64,000 nt of DNA from Candidatus Woesebacteria bacterium (GTDB lineage: Bacteria > Patescibacteriota > Microgenomatia > UBA8517), in assembly GCA_016432365.1 (NCBI GenBank), contig CP066686.1, forward strand, positions 554,319-618,318. The letters run 5' to 3'. A program made the position numbers and the translations under genes. The notes beneath the pieces are model-generated. The model saw nothing but the letters and a program-made list of their open reading frames with translations. It was not told where the DNA came from and made no database searches. Each line of letters opens with the position of its first letter. Position 1 is the first letter of the stretch. Of this stretch, positions 48,901-55,759 are shown in pieces.

Positions 48901-48981
48901 CTTGTTCAATGGATGGTCAAAAAAGCTCAGATAAACGATTTAAGTGTAGGCAAATTTAAAGTTTCTAAAGCTTCAAAGTGA
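45949..48981 (+). CDS. ileS: Isoleucine--tRNA ligase (type 2, eukaryote-like architecture)
   Basis: HMGH-type motif (NPMGVHHAWGRT), CP1 editing domain, KMSKS variant (MHKSSGN). GTG start. 1010 aa. Confidence 0.9.
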   Translation: MSTRKPYFEPVDLKVDFPKMENRLLEVWAKKGLVKKYLQKNSKSTKHFSFLDGPITANNPMGVHHAWGRTYKDLWRRFKNMQGFNQRFQNGFDAQGLWVEVEVEKELGFKSKKDIETFGVAKFVQLCRDRVKKYSGIQTEQSKRLGYFMDWDNSYYTLSDDNNYMIWDFLKKCYDNGWIYKGNDSVPWCPRCETAISQHEMLTEDYKEITHESVYLAFPVVGVVDEYFMVWTTTPWTIPANIAIAVDEKLEYSLVEVKKRRYWMAKDTVSRVLSGESYKVIKTTKGGKLVGLRYKGAFDNLPGVVAASSKNDAKFHNIVATDNLILPITVDEGTGLVHTAVSAGSEDFKLGKKLGLPMIPVINDDASYVEGLGEFSGLNAKKHPEIILDYLHNLDNEGSHFLFKTEKYTHRYPACWRCKTELVWKVTDEWYVAMDKPLQISKIKSQKSKLNKWGDEDEEPKALDTRTLRERMKDVTSKINWIPGFGLDREMDWLSNMHDWLISKKNRYWGLALPIWECKKCGNFEVVGSKEELKNLAVVGWEKFDGKTPHKPQIDEVKIKCSRCGSVMGRIEPVGNPWLDAGIIPYSTISENNKAANFEVTKTKPLYLTDRARWEKWFPADFITESFPGQFKNWFYSLIAMSTVMEDMEPFKTVLGYATLFDEKGNAMHKSSGNMIEFTQGADQMGVDVMRWMFARQNPGENLLFGYKVADEVRRRFHLKIWNVYNFFVTYANLDGWRPSKKEERRVKSDNVLDKWILVSLNQTLQLVTDRLEKFDAYAGANEIEKFVDDLSLWYIRRSRDRVGPAAESEDDKEAFYFTTHFVLVTLSKLLAPFMPFISETLFTNLTKEESVHLSDWPVVNNKSQISNLKLLKEMKIAREIVEKAHSIRKEKEVSVKQPLNSYSVALQQVSKNLEYLIKDEINVKKLIWGSKEDEFDLKITPELSEEAKIRDLARRIQEERKLLGLNLTQKVNVQLEVIPLDKKLVQWMVKKAQINDLSVGKFKVSKASK

Positions 48982-50039
48982 AAAGACAAAACCCTATATT
49001 TGGATTTTTAACCAGAGATGTAAGTTTTTCCTTTTCTATTATATTTCTACTTTTTCTTAGCATAATTATTTTAAAATCTGTTGCTCCGGCCATATTTCCG
49101 CTGTATTTTCTGAGTGTGTTCATTGGTATTTGTGCCTTCATTATTTTTTCCCAGTTGGATTTTGATATTATTTCTCTTTTTTCTAGGCATCTGTATATTT
49201 TTTCAATTATCCTTCTTCTTGCAACTCTTATTATCGGAAGTGTTACGAGGGGTACCATTCGTTGGATACCAATTGGGCCGATCAGTCTTCAACCGGCAGA
49301 AATCGTCCGTCCGTTTCTTTTGATTTTTTTTGCCAATTACCTTACTTCCGGAAAACTGGATTTTAAAAAAATAATCAAAACTTTTGGGCTGGTGTTTCTC
49401 CCGGTTTTTCTCATTTTTATACAACCTTCTCTTGGGGTATCTATTCTAACGTTGGTAGGGTTTTTAGGTGTTTTGATTTCTTCTAAGATTGACAAAAAGT
49501 ATGTTTTTTTCGGTATTATAGCTACGTTGGTTATTTCTCCACTGTTTTGGTTGGTAATGGCCCCTTATCAACGGCAACGCATTGCTACATTTATTACTCC
49601 CTCATCAGATCCTCTGGGTGCCGGTTATAATAGCTTACAGTCAACTATTGCCGCCGGTTCGGGTAAAATTGTGGGACTGGGACTAGGTCGTGGTGTTCAG
49701 ACACAACTATCATTTCTACCTGAAAAACAAACGGATTTTATATTTTCAGCAATTTCCGAAGAGCTGGGCTTTGTTGGGGCACTTTTGGCGATTGTTATGA
49801 GTTTTGTAATCCTTTATCGGCTGACTATATATATGGAGCAAGCTGTAAACCCGGCTGCACGCGGCTACCTGTCAGGTTTTTTCCTAACATATTTACTCCA
49901 AATCTTTATTCATATAGGCATGAACATGGGGCTTTTACCGGTTACAGGGCTACCATTCCCATTGGTCTCGGCCGGCGGATCTTCGCTTTTAGCCACAATG
50001 ATAGGCTTGGGGATTGCCAGTTCGTCTTATAAACGCTAA
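48978..50039 (+). CDS. rodA: SEDS-family protein RodA (second SEDS paralogue)
   Basis: SEDS signature (PEKQTDFIFSAISEELGF, LPFPLVSAGGSS). Distinct from ftsW at 40525. Confidence 0.8.
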   Translation: MKRQNPIFGFLTRDVSFSFSIIFLLFLSIIILKSVAPAIFPLYFLSVFIGICAFIIFSQLDFDIISLFSRHLYIFSIILLLATLIIGSVTRGTIRWIPIGPISLQPAEIVRPFLLIFFANYLTSGKLDFKKIIKTFGLVFLPVFLIFIQPSLGVSILTLVGFLGVLISSKIDKKYVFFGIIATLVISPLFWLVMAPYQRQRIATFITPSSDPLGAGYNSLQSTIAAGSGKIVGLGLGRGVQTQLSFLPEKQTDFIFSAISEELGFVGALLAIVMSFVILYRLTIYMEQAVNPAARGYLSGFFLTYLLQIFIHIGMNMGLLPVTGLPFPLVSAGGSSLLATMIGLGIASSSYKR

Positions 50040-50052
50040 AATACCAGTTATT

Positions 50053-50361
50053 ATGAATAAATACGCAGTTGTCAGAATTGGTGGTAGGCAATATAAAGCC
50101 GAGGAAGGCAAAGAACTTCTGGTGGACAAACTTGTCGATATTAAGGGTTTTGAAACTGAAGTACTTATGTTCGTGGACGGGGAAAAGGTAAAAGTGGGTA
50201 AGCCGGTTCTTAAAGATGTAAAAGTAGCCTTAAAGGTTGTGACAGAGCTTGAAAAAGGAGAAAAGATCGAAGTTTACAAGTTTAAAGCAAAATCACGTTA
50301 TAGGAAGCACACAGGGTTTAGACCTCAATATACAAGACTTCTGGTGGAAAAAATCTCATAA
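50053..50361 (+). CDS. rplU: 50S ribosomal protein L21
   Basis: MNKYAVVRIGGRQYKAEEGKEL matches the L21 N-terminus. The ORF-track start is 39 nt earlier, but ATG at 50053 fits L21 length. Confidence 0.9.
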   Translation: MNKYAVVRIGGRQYKAEEGKELLVDKLVDIKGFETEVLMFVDGEKVKVGKPVLKDVKVALKVVTELEKGEKIEVYKFKAKSRYRKHTGFRPQYTRLLVEKIS

Positions 50362-50392
50362 CTTCAATCAAAGGAGCTTTTAAAAAATCTTG

Positions 50393-50448
50393 CGGCTGAA
50401 ACCTCTGGCAAATGTACTGGTGTACATCTACTTTTGGTTCCAGCCGCA
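50393..50448 (-). terminator. Intrinsic terminator for the minus-strand GC-rich gene (12-bp stem GCGGCTGAAACC/GGTTCCAGCCGC, 1 mismatch, then T6 on the - strand)
   Basis: Inverted repeat with a nested ATGTAC...GTACAT palindrome in the loop. On the minus strand the stem is followed by AAGATTTTTTAA. On the + strand there is no T-run, so it is a weak terminator for rplU. Confidence 0.5.
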
Positions 50449-50478
50449 AATAGCAGGAGGAGATTTGTAGTGAAAAAA

Positions 50479-50976
50479 CTACATGTTGGCGATGGCCAGA
50501 TCCAGTTGCGTCGGGTCAAAATTGGCGCTCCGAATGGGGCACATGGTCAGCGGGACGGGGCAGATCATGCAGTTTTCGTTCACGAGTTCATTCAGGCCTG
50601 GGATGCCAGCGTACTTTTCGGCCATTTCCATGGTCGGACCCGTGAATTCACTTTCGCCGAAACCGGCGATCATGCTGCTGAGAACATCGTCCAAGGACTT
50701 GTGGAACCAATCCGGTTCGGCTTCTTGCCACTTGGTGAAATCGGCGGCGTTCAGATACCTTCCTTCTCCCTCAGTGTTGATGAGGTGGTGGACGGTTGTG
50801 CCGGCGCCTTCATCCAGAGAGGAGAACCTGGGATCTTCCATTCCCTCCTGAAGGGCAGCCTCGAACGCTTCCTGGCTGTAGACGATGCCGAACTGATTCT
50901 TGAGTTCTTCCGTCTCGAAGTGAACTTCGAGCTTGGTCCCATTGTGGGACTTGAGATCGGTCAGCTTCAGTTCCAT
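50479..50976 (-). CDS. Hypothetical acidic protein (165 aa) encoded in a GC-rich island; likely horizontally acquired
   Basis: Only this strand and frame give protein-like composition. Strong SD (AAGGAGT, 6 nt before the ATG) and TATAAT upstream on the - strand, plus its own terminator. GC is about 55-58% against about 40% in the flanks. No family recognised. Confidence 0.6.
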   Translation of the reverse strand: MELKLTDLKSHNGTKLEVHFETEELKNQFGIVYSQEAFEAALQEGMEDPRFSSLDEGAGTTVHHLINTEGEGRYLNAADFTKWQEAEPDWFHKSLDDVLSSMIAGFGESEFTGPTMEMAEKYAGIPGLNELVNENCMICPVPLTMCPIRSANFDPTQLDLAIANM

Positions 50977-51105
50977 TTCAAACTCCTTCTTATTAACGTA
51001 CAGATTTAGGATTTATATGCAGGATGCATATTGAGATGCAATTATATCCTATATTATGATTTTTGTCAAGAACGAAGTATGATTTAATACATCTTACCAA
51101 CCCTC

Positions 51106-51134
51106 TTGACAACTGTGAAAACATACTTTATATT
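51106..51134 (+). promoter_or_regulatory. Sigma-70-like promoter for rpmA (TTGACA-17-TATATT)
   Basis: TTGACA at 51106-51111, TATATT at 51129-51134. GGA SD before the ATG at 51144. Confidence 0.4.
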
Positions 51135-51143
51135 GTGCCAAGG

Positions 51144-51395
51144 ATGTCAACACATAAAGCAGCAGGGGGAAAAGCTTCACAACATGTTAGCCCAGCAGGT
51201 AAAAGATTGGGTGTAAAAGTTTCAGGTGGTGAAAAAGTCGGCAAAGGACAGATTCTAGTCCGTCAACGCGGTACCACTTTTGGCAAAGGTGCCGGGGCCA
51301 AATTAGGCCGTGATCACACTTTGTATTCTGTTGCCGACGGAGTTGTTAAATTTACTAAGAAGTTGGGTAAACGTGTTGTTAGTGTAGTCTCATAA
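51144..51395 (+). CDS. rpmA: 50S ribosomal protein L27 (no Prp-cleavable N-extension)
   Basis: MSTHKAAGGKASQ...GKRLGVKVSGGEKV...QRGTTFGKGAGAKLGRDHTLYS matches L27. The ORF-track start at 51063 is upstream of the promoter, so the ATG at 51144 is used. Confidence 0.9.
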   Translation: MSTHKAAGGKASQHVSPAGKRLGVKVSGGEKVGKGQILVRQRGTTFGKGAGAKLGRDHTLYSVADGVVKFTKKLGKRVVSVVS

Positions 51396-51400
51396 ATATC

Positions 51401-52240
51401 ATGGCAGAAGAAGTAGTACAAATTGAAGTTACACAGTTACAACCAAATCCTCTTCAGCCTCGTGGCGCAATCACTCCGGAAAGTTTGGTAGACCTCGTTG
51501 ATTCAATCCGTGAACATGGAATATTGGAACCCTTGGTGGTTGCTAAAACTCCGGCTGGTTTTCAAATCATCGCAGGTGAGCGTAGATGGAGAGCTTCCAA
51601 ACTTGCAGGGCTTACTCATGTACCCGTTATTATCCGCGAAACCTCACCAAAAGGAATGCTCGAAATGGCACTTGTGGAGAATGTTCAAAGAGTAGACCTT
51701 AACCCTTTGGACCGCGCTAAGGGCTTCGAACGTCTTATGAATGAGTTTAATTTAACCACAAGTGAAATTGCGGTTAGAATCGGTAAATCCGTAGCCTATG
51801 TAAGTAATTCCTTGAGGCTTCTTTCCCTTCCGGACGCACTTAAAGACGGACTTTTGTCGGGGCTTATTACAGAAGGTCATGCAAGGGCCTTGGCAGCCAT
51901 AGACGATCCAAATCTTATGATAGAGGCCTACAAGATAGTTCTAAGGGAGAGTGGCAGTGTAAGACGGGCAGAAGAGCTTGCAAGACGCATGAAGGCCAAG
52001 TCTCAACAGGAAGCACCAAGAACAAGTCAACATGTAAGGATTGTCTCTGAGGAGATTGACAGAATGCAGGAAGATTTGCAAAAAGCATTTCAAAATAACG
52101 GTGATTCCGAGCTTGCCAAAAAGACAGCAGTTAAGCTAATAAGATCTCAAAGGGAGACAAAAGTTAACTTTACTTTTAAAGGTGGATTGGAAGAAACCGA
52201 AGAAAGACTTCAAAGAGTTTACAAAGCAATCACTTCTTAA
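51401..52240 (+). CDS. parB: ParB/Spo0J family partition protein
   Basis: LEPLVVAKTPAGFQIIAGERRWRASKLAGL (ParB box II) and HTH region. No parA adjacent in this window. Confidence 0.85.
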   Translation: MAEEVVQIEVTQLQPNPLQPRGAITPESLVDLVDSIREHGILEPLVVAKTPAGFQIIAGERRWRASKLAGLTHVPVIIRETSPKGMLEMALVENVQRVDLNPLDRAKGFERLMNEFNLTTSEIAVRIGKSVAYVSNSLRLLSLPDALKDGLLSGLITEGHARALAAIDDPNLMIEAYKIVLRESGSVRRAEELARRMKAKSQQEAPRTSQHVRIVSEEIDRMQEDLQKAFQNNGDSELAKKTAVKLIRSQRETKVNFTFKGGLEETEERLQRVYKAITS

Positions 52241-52788
52241 TACGTCGGTATTTTTACGACTCCCGAAAGATTTATCGGCCAATAAATTACCCAGGCTCTC
52301 CCGCTAATTGATTTTTTGGTGATAGGACCCCAAGCACGGGAATCTGAGGAGTGGGGCCTGTTATCTCCCATAACAAAGTAGTGACCTTCAGGAATTGTGT
52401 AATTTTCCCCGTCCTTTAAGAACCCTTCATTTTCCGTATAAATATCACTTGCAAGATACGGTTCGCTAAGAAGCGTGTCGTTGATATATACACGACTATT
52501 TTTAAGCATTACACGCTCTCCGGGAAGGCCTATAACTCTTTTAATAAATTCGTCTGTTTCTGAGACGGGCGGGGTAAAAACTACGACATCTCCTCTTTTA
52601 GGACTTCTGGAGTAGTAGGTAACTTTTTCGGTTAATAAATATTCACCATCCGGAAAATTGGGATGCATCGATTGCCCTTTAATTTTATGAGGACGCATAA
52701 TAAGAAGATAGACAAAAAAGAAGATGCCTACAGCAAAAACAATTACTTCTAATATATCCAAAAAAAATGCACCAATTTTACCAACCAT
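52237..52788 (-). CDS. lepB: Signal peptidase I
   Basis: N-terminal TM, Ser box (GQSMHPNF) and Lys box (KRVIGLPGE), GDNRPHSSDSR box. Confidence 0.85.
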   Translation of the reverse strand: MVGKIGAFFLDILEVIVFAVGIFFFVYLLIMRPHKIKGQSMHPNFPDGEYLLTEKVTYYSRSPKRGDVVVFTPPVSETDEFIKRVIGLPGERVMLKNSRVYINDTLLSEPYLASDIYTENEGFLKDGENYTIPEGHYFVMGDNRPHSSDSRAWGPITKKSISGRAWVIYWPINLSGVVKIPTY

Positions 52789-52832
52789 ATGTAACTTTCA
52801 TTATATTTGCGGTTGAGGAGTAAACACAAGTA

Positions 52833-53891
52833 CTAGCTTTGCACTAGAACATCGTGAGCCTCGCTTTCGCGGCGCCCCATGGCAGTTATTTGAATAAATT
52901 GTGCTTTTTTCCAGAGCTTGGCGATGTTTTTAGCTCCCGCATACGAAAATCCCGATCGGATATTCGCTGTCCACAATTCTATGCTTTTTTTTAGCGGTCC
53001 TTTGTACGGAACTAAACTTTCTACCCCTTCAATATGTTTAGTATAAGATTTCGGTAGACAATTCAGCGCTTTGACGTGCTTTTCTTTTTCAGCAAGAGAT
53101 GTAGAGGCGTTATAGGTTTTGTATTTAATTCCGTTTTTAATTATAAAATCGCCGGGAGCCTCGTCATGTCCGGCAAACTGACTGCCCATGATAACAGCTG
53201 AGGCGCCGGCAGCCAAACCCTTTACAATATCACCTGCGTTTTTTGTACCTCCGTCGCATAAAATGGTTTTTTTAAACTTTCGTGCGGCCCTTGAACAATC
53301 TAAAACTGCTGTAATTTGCGGGACTCCGAACCCTGTTTGGACTCGGGTAATACAAATGGTTCCTGGTCCCACTCCGACGCGGACGGAGTCTGCTCCGGCC
53401 TTAAATAAATCAGCTGCTGTTTCGTATGTGCCGACTACTCCTGAAACTATTCCACATGTTTTACCAAACCTTGATTTTAATTGACGCGTTGCTTCGATTG
53501 CTTGCAACATTCCACCGTGGGCTACGTCTAAAGTAATAATGTCCACACCCGCTTTAGCCAACATTTCGGCCCGGTTTATATATCCATCTTTACACCCAAC
53601 CGCGGCGCCCACCATTACTTTTGACATTTTAACCCTCCTGACCATATCTGCCTGCCCTTCAGGAGTTACAAATCTGGGCAGAAATCCCATACCTCCAAGT
53701 TTGCCGAGTTCGATTGCCATTTTTACGCCTGTAACATCAGTCATATTGATACTGATTAACGGAAGAGAAATGGTAACTTTTGAGGTGATTTTTGTAGAGA
53801 GATCCACGTCACTCCTGCTTGCAATCTCAGAATGTTGGGGAACCAACAAGACATCGTCATAAGAAAGCGCCAAGGGGAATTTTTGATTCAT
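52833..53891 (-). CDS. guaB: IMP dehydrogenase/GMP reductase family protein lacking CBS domains
   Basis: MNQKFPLALSYDDVLLVP N-terminus, catalytic Cys loop GVGPGTICITRV, TIM barrel. 352 aa, so the CBS subdomain is absent (IMPDH versus GuaC cannot be decided). Confidence 0.75.
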   Translation of the reverse strand: MNQKFPLALSYDDVLLVPQHSEIASRSDVDLSTKITSKVTISLPLISINMTDVTGVKMAIELGKLGGMGFLPRFVTPEGQADMVRRVKMSKVMVGAAVGCKDGYINRAEMLAKAGVDIITLDVAHGGMLQAIEATRQLKSRFGKTCGIVSGVVGTYETAADLFKAGADSVRVGVGPGTICITRVQTGFGVPQITAVLDCSRAARKFKKTILCDGGTKNAGDIVKGLAAGASAVIMGSQFAGHDEAPGDFIIKNGIKYKTYNASTSLAEKEKHVKALNCLPKSYTKHIEGVESLVPYKGPLKKSIELWTANIRSGFSYAGAKNIAKLWKKAQFIQITAMGRRESEAHDVLVQS

Positions 53892-53896
53892 ATTTT

Positions 53897-53916
53897 GTAA
53901 TGATATGAATCATTAC
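53897..53916. promoter_or_regulatory. Perfect 8-4-8 palindrome GTAATGAT-atga-ATCATTAC, 6 nt upstream of the guaB-like start codon (minus strand)
   Basis: Seen in the sequence. Lies between the PRTase stop and the guaB-like start, over the expected RBS position. Confidence 0.35.
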
Positions 53917-53954
53917 GTTTCACTCTAGGGGGTACGGGAAAACTTGTCAAGAGT

Positions 53955-54533
53955 TTAAATTTTAACTACAAGTCCGGGGTAGTTTCTGAAGGTGTTTTCT
54001 TCGTCCGGAACACCAAGATCCATGCCGCAACCACCGACCCATTTGTCATCTATTTTTAAGCCGATGGTCATGTTTGGAATTTGTATTTGATTTGGAATAC
54101 CTGTTTTTGTAACAAACGCCACCGCCTCCGACGACGGGCCGGAATCAGCCATGATGGCACGGAAAACTCCGCCACTGTCGTATATGTCGTCTACCGTTAA
54201 AAGTTTTAGATTTCGGAGTTCGGGTGGAACCGGGGTTACAATTGTTGCTCCGTACGCATTTTCCGGACGGTGATACTCAATTTTTACAGGGTTTTTAGAG
54301 TACCCTTGTAAACGCGAAAGACTCTCGAACAGAAACATCCCACCCTTCATGTTTACCAAAACCGCATCAAAATTATCGAGTTTTACTTTATCGGACAATA
54401 TCTTGACATATTTTGCCATTTCGCTAGGGTTAACATATTCGAAAACTTTAAAATCTCCTACAGTAATAATTTTGGGGTCTTCAGGGAAGCGGACATAGGG
54501 TATTTCGCTTTCCGAAGGAATCTCACAGGTCAT
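53955..54533 (-). CDS. Type I purine phosphoribosyltransferase (Hpt/Xpt-like)
   Basis: PRPP-binding motif LKLLTVDDIYDSGG (hydrophobic-VDD-x-x-D-S/T-G). About 190 aa. Upstream of the IMPDH-family gene, so a purine-salvage pair. Confidence 0.6.
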   Translation of the reverse strand: MTCEIPSESEIPYVRFPEDPKIITVGDFKVFEYVNPSEMAKYVKILSDKVKLDNFDAVLVNMKGGMFLFESLSRLQGYSKNPVKIEYHRPENAYGATIVTPVPPELRNLKLLTVDDIYDSGGVFRAIMADSGPSSEAVAFVTKTGIPNQIQIPNMTIGLKIDDKWVGGCGMDLGVPDEENTFRNYPGLVVKI

Positions 54534-54636
54534 ACATCTTTTTACTAATTCGTTTCTATATTGTCAAGCCGGTAAGCAGAGCTTGCCACTCAACACCTAG
54601 AATGTCTCGTGGTAAAATAACAGGGTGGGTCAGCCG

Positions 54637-54708
54637 GACCGCTTAGCTCAGTGGTAGAGCGCTTCGTTCACATCGAAGAGGCCAGGGGTTCGAAACCCTT
54701 AGCGGTCA
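54637..54708 (+). tRNA. tRNA-Val (anticodon CAC)
   Basis: Folded by hand. Acceptor GACCGCT/AGCGGTC, D-arm GCTC-AGTGGTA-GAGC, anticodon arm CTTCG-TTCACAT-CGAAG (anticodon CAC), T-arm AGGGG-TTCGAAA-CCCTT, discriminator A, no encoded CCA. Confidence 0.85.
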
Positions 54709-54712
54709 CAAA

Positions 54713-55396
54713 ATGAAAAACAAAATATTATTTTTCCTTGTTTGGCTGGGAGCGCTAAGTTTGGTGCCCATTTCAATACTTTCCAATACCCCTCTTTCCC
54801 GTGCGTTAACAAACTATTCTACGATTTCAAATTTTGTTCAAAGATTTCTGGGGCTTACAGCGTTTACTCTGCTATTTTTCCAGATAGTTCTTGGTGCATT
54901 TATGGAAAAGTGGACCAATAAATTTGGAGGTTGGATATTTAGGTTTCATATCATTGAAGGAGTTTTGATATATATCCTTATTATTCTCCATCCACTCAGT
55001 TTTATGTTCTTTAATTACTTTACGCGGCATGGCCTGGACCCGTTTTTTGTATTTACATACTTCTGTGTTCTATGTCCAACCAGAATAGATTTTTACCAGA
55101 CATTGGGTAGGGTTTCTTTTTGGCTGATAAATATTACCGTTTGGGCGGGGTTACTCCGTGCAACCACTCCTTATATGAGGGTTAATTGGAGGAAATTTCA
55201 CATCCTAAATTATTTGGTATTTGTATTAATTGGGGCACATTCGATCGGTATAGGAACCGATATCGGGACTCCACCTTTTTCATTTTTTCATGGTCCGGCC
55301 CTTGCGGTAGTGGGTTTTATTATCATTTCTAAGATTTTTGTATTTGCAAAGACGTGGTTTGCCAGAGAAACTTCAAAAAAAACATTTAATCCCTGA
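54713..55396 (+). CDS. Polytopic membrane protein (about 6 TM) with conserved intramembrane His residues
   Basis: Hydropathy. His in or near four helices (FRFHII, ILHPL, GAHSIG, FFHGP), reminiscent of di-heme ferric-reductase/YedZ-like proteins. Speculative. Confidence 0.45.
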   Translation: MKNKILFFLVWLGALSLVPISILSNTPLSRALTNYSTISNFVQRFLGLTAFTLLFFQIVLGAFMEKWTNKFGGWIFRFHIIEGVLIYILIILHPLSFMFFNYFTRHGLDPFFVFTYFCVLCPTRIDFYQTLGRVSFWLINITVWAGLLRATTPYMRVNWRKFHILNYLVFVLIGAHSIGIGTDIGTPPFSFFHGPALAVVGFIIISKIFVFAKTWFARETSKKTFNP

Positions 55397-55447
55397 ATCT
55401 TTACAGCTTTCCTTTTAAGACGAGCGAGGTATATAATTCGGCGAAAT

Positions 55448-55735
55448 ATGAAAAGGGAGCTTGAACAAATAATTGTGACTGATGCGAACAATCTTTGGCG
55501 AGAAGTTGTCAATAAAACAGATTTGGATGTGGAAGCGGTTGTACCGGTTGAAATGGTTGATCCGGAAAGCAATACACGCTTAGGTTCGTTCCACGCATCT
55601 TTTGTAAAAGAAGATTCAAAAATATATCTGCAATTGGAAGATTTCGATACCCCAGAGTGGGCAGAAATGTTTTTTCAAATTTATGAAGGGGAGTGGGAAG
55701 TCTGTTTAGGAGGAATATATAGGATGGAGTTGTGA
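55448..55735 (+). CDS. Small acidic hypothetical protein (95 aa)
   Basis: ORF with protein-like composition in an otherwise empty interval. No family recognised. Confidence 0.3.
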   Translation: MKRELEQIIVTDANNLWREVVNKTDLDVEAVVPVEMVDPESNTRLGSFHASFVKEDSKIYLQLEDFDTPEWAEMFFQIYEGEWEVCLGGIYRMEL

Positions 55736-55759
55736 TGACTGTGCCTTGGACCTTCAATG

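Noticed and set aside
50434-51009. 191-aa and 122-aa + strand ORFs (and the 63-aa - ORF at 50751-50942) in the GC-rich island
   Set aside because: These are shadow ORFs of the minus-strand 165-aa gene, expected in GC-rich DNA. Their translations are Gly/Arg/Leu/Phe-skewed and antisense-like, whereas the minus-strand frame has a strong SD, promoter and terminator.
51401-52240. parS site near parB
   Set aside because: Searched for TGTTTCACGTGAAACA-like 16-bp palindromes in and around parB. None present in the window.
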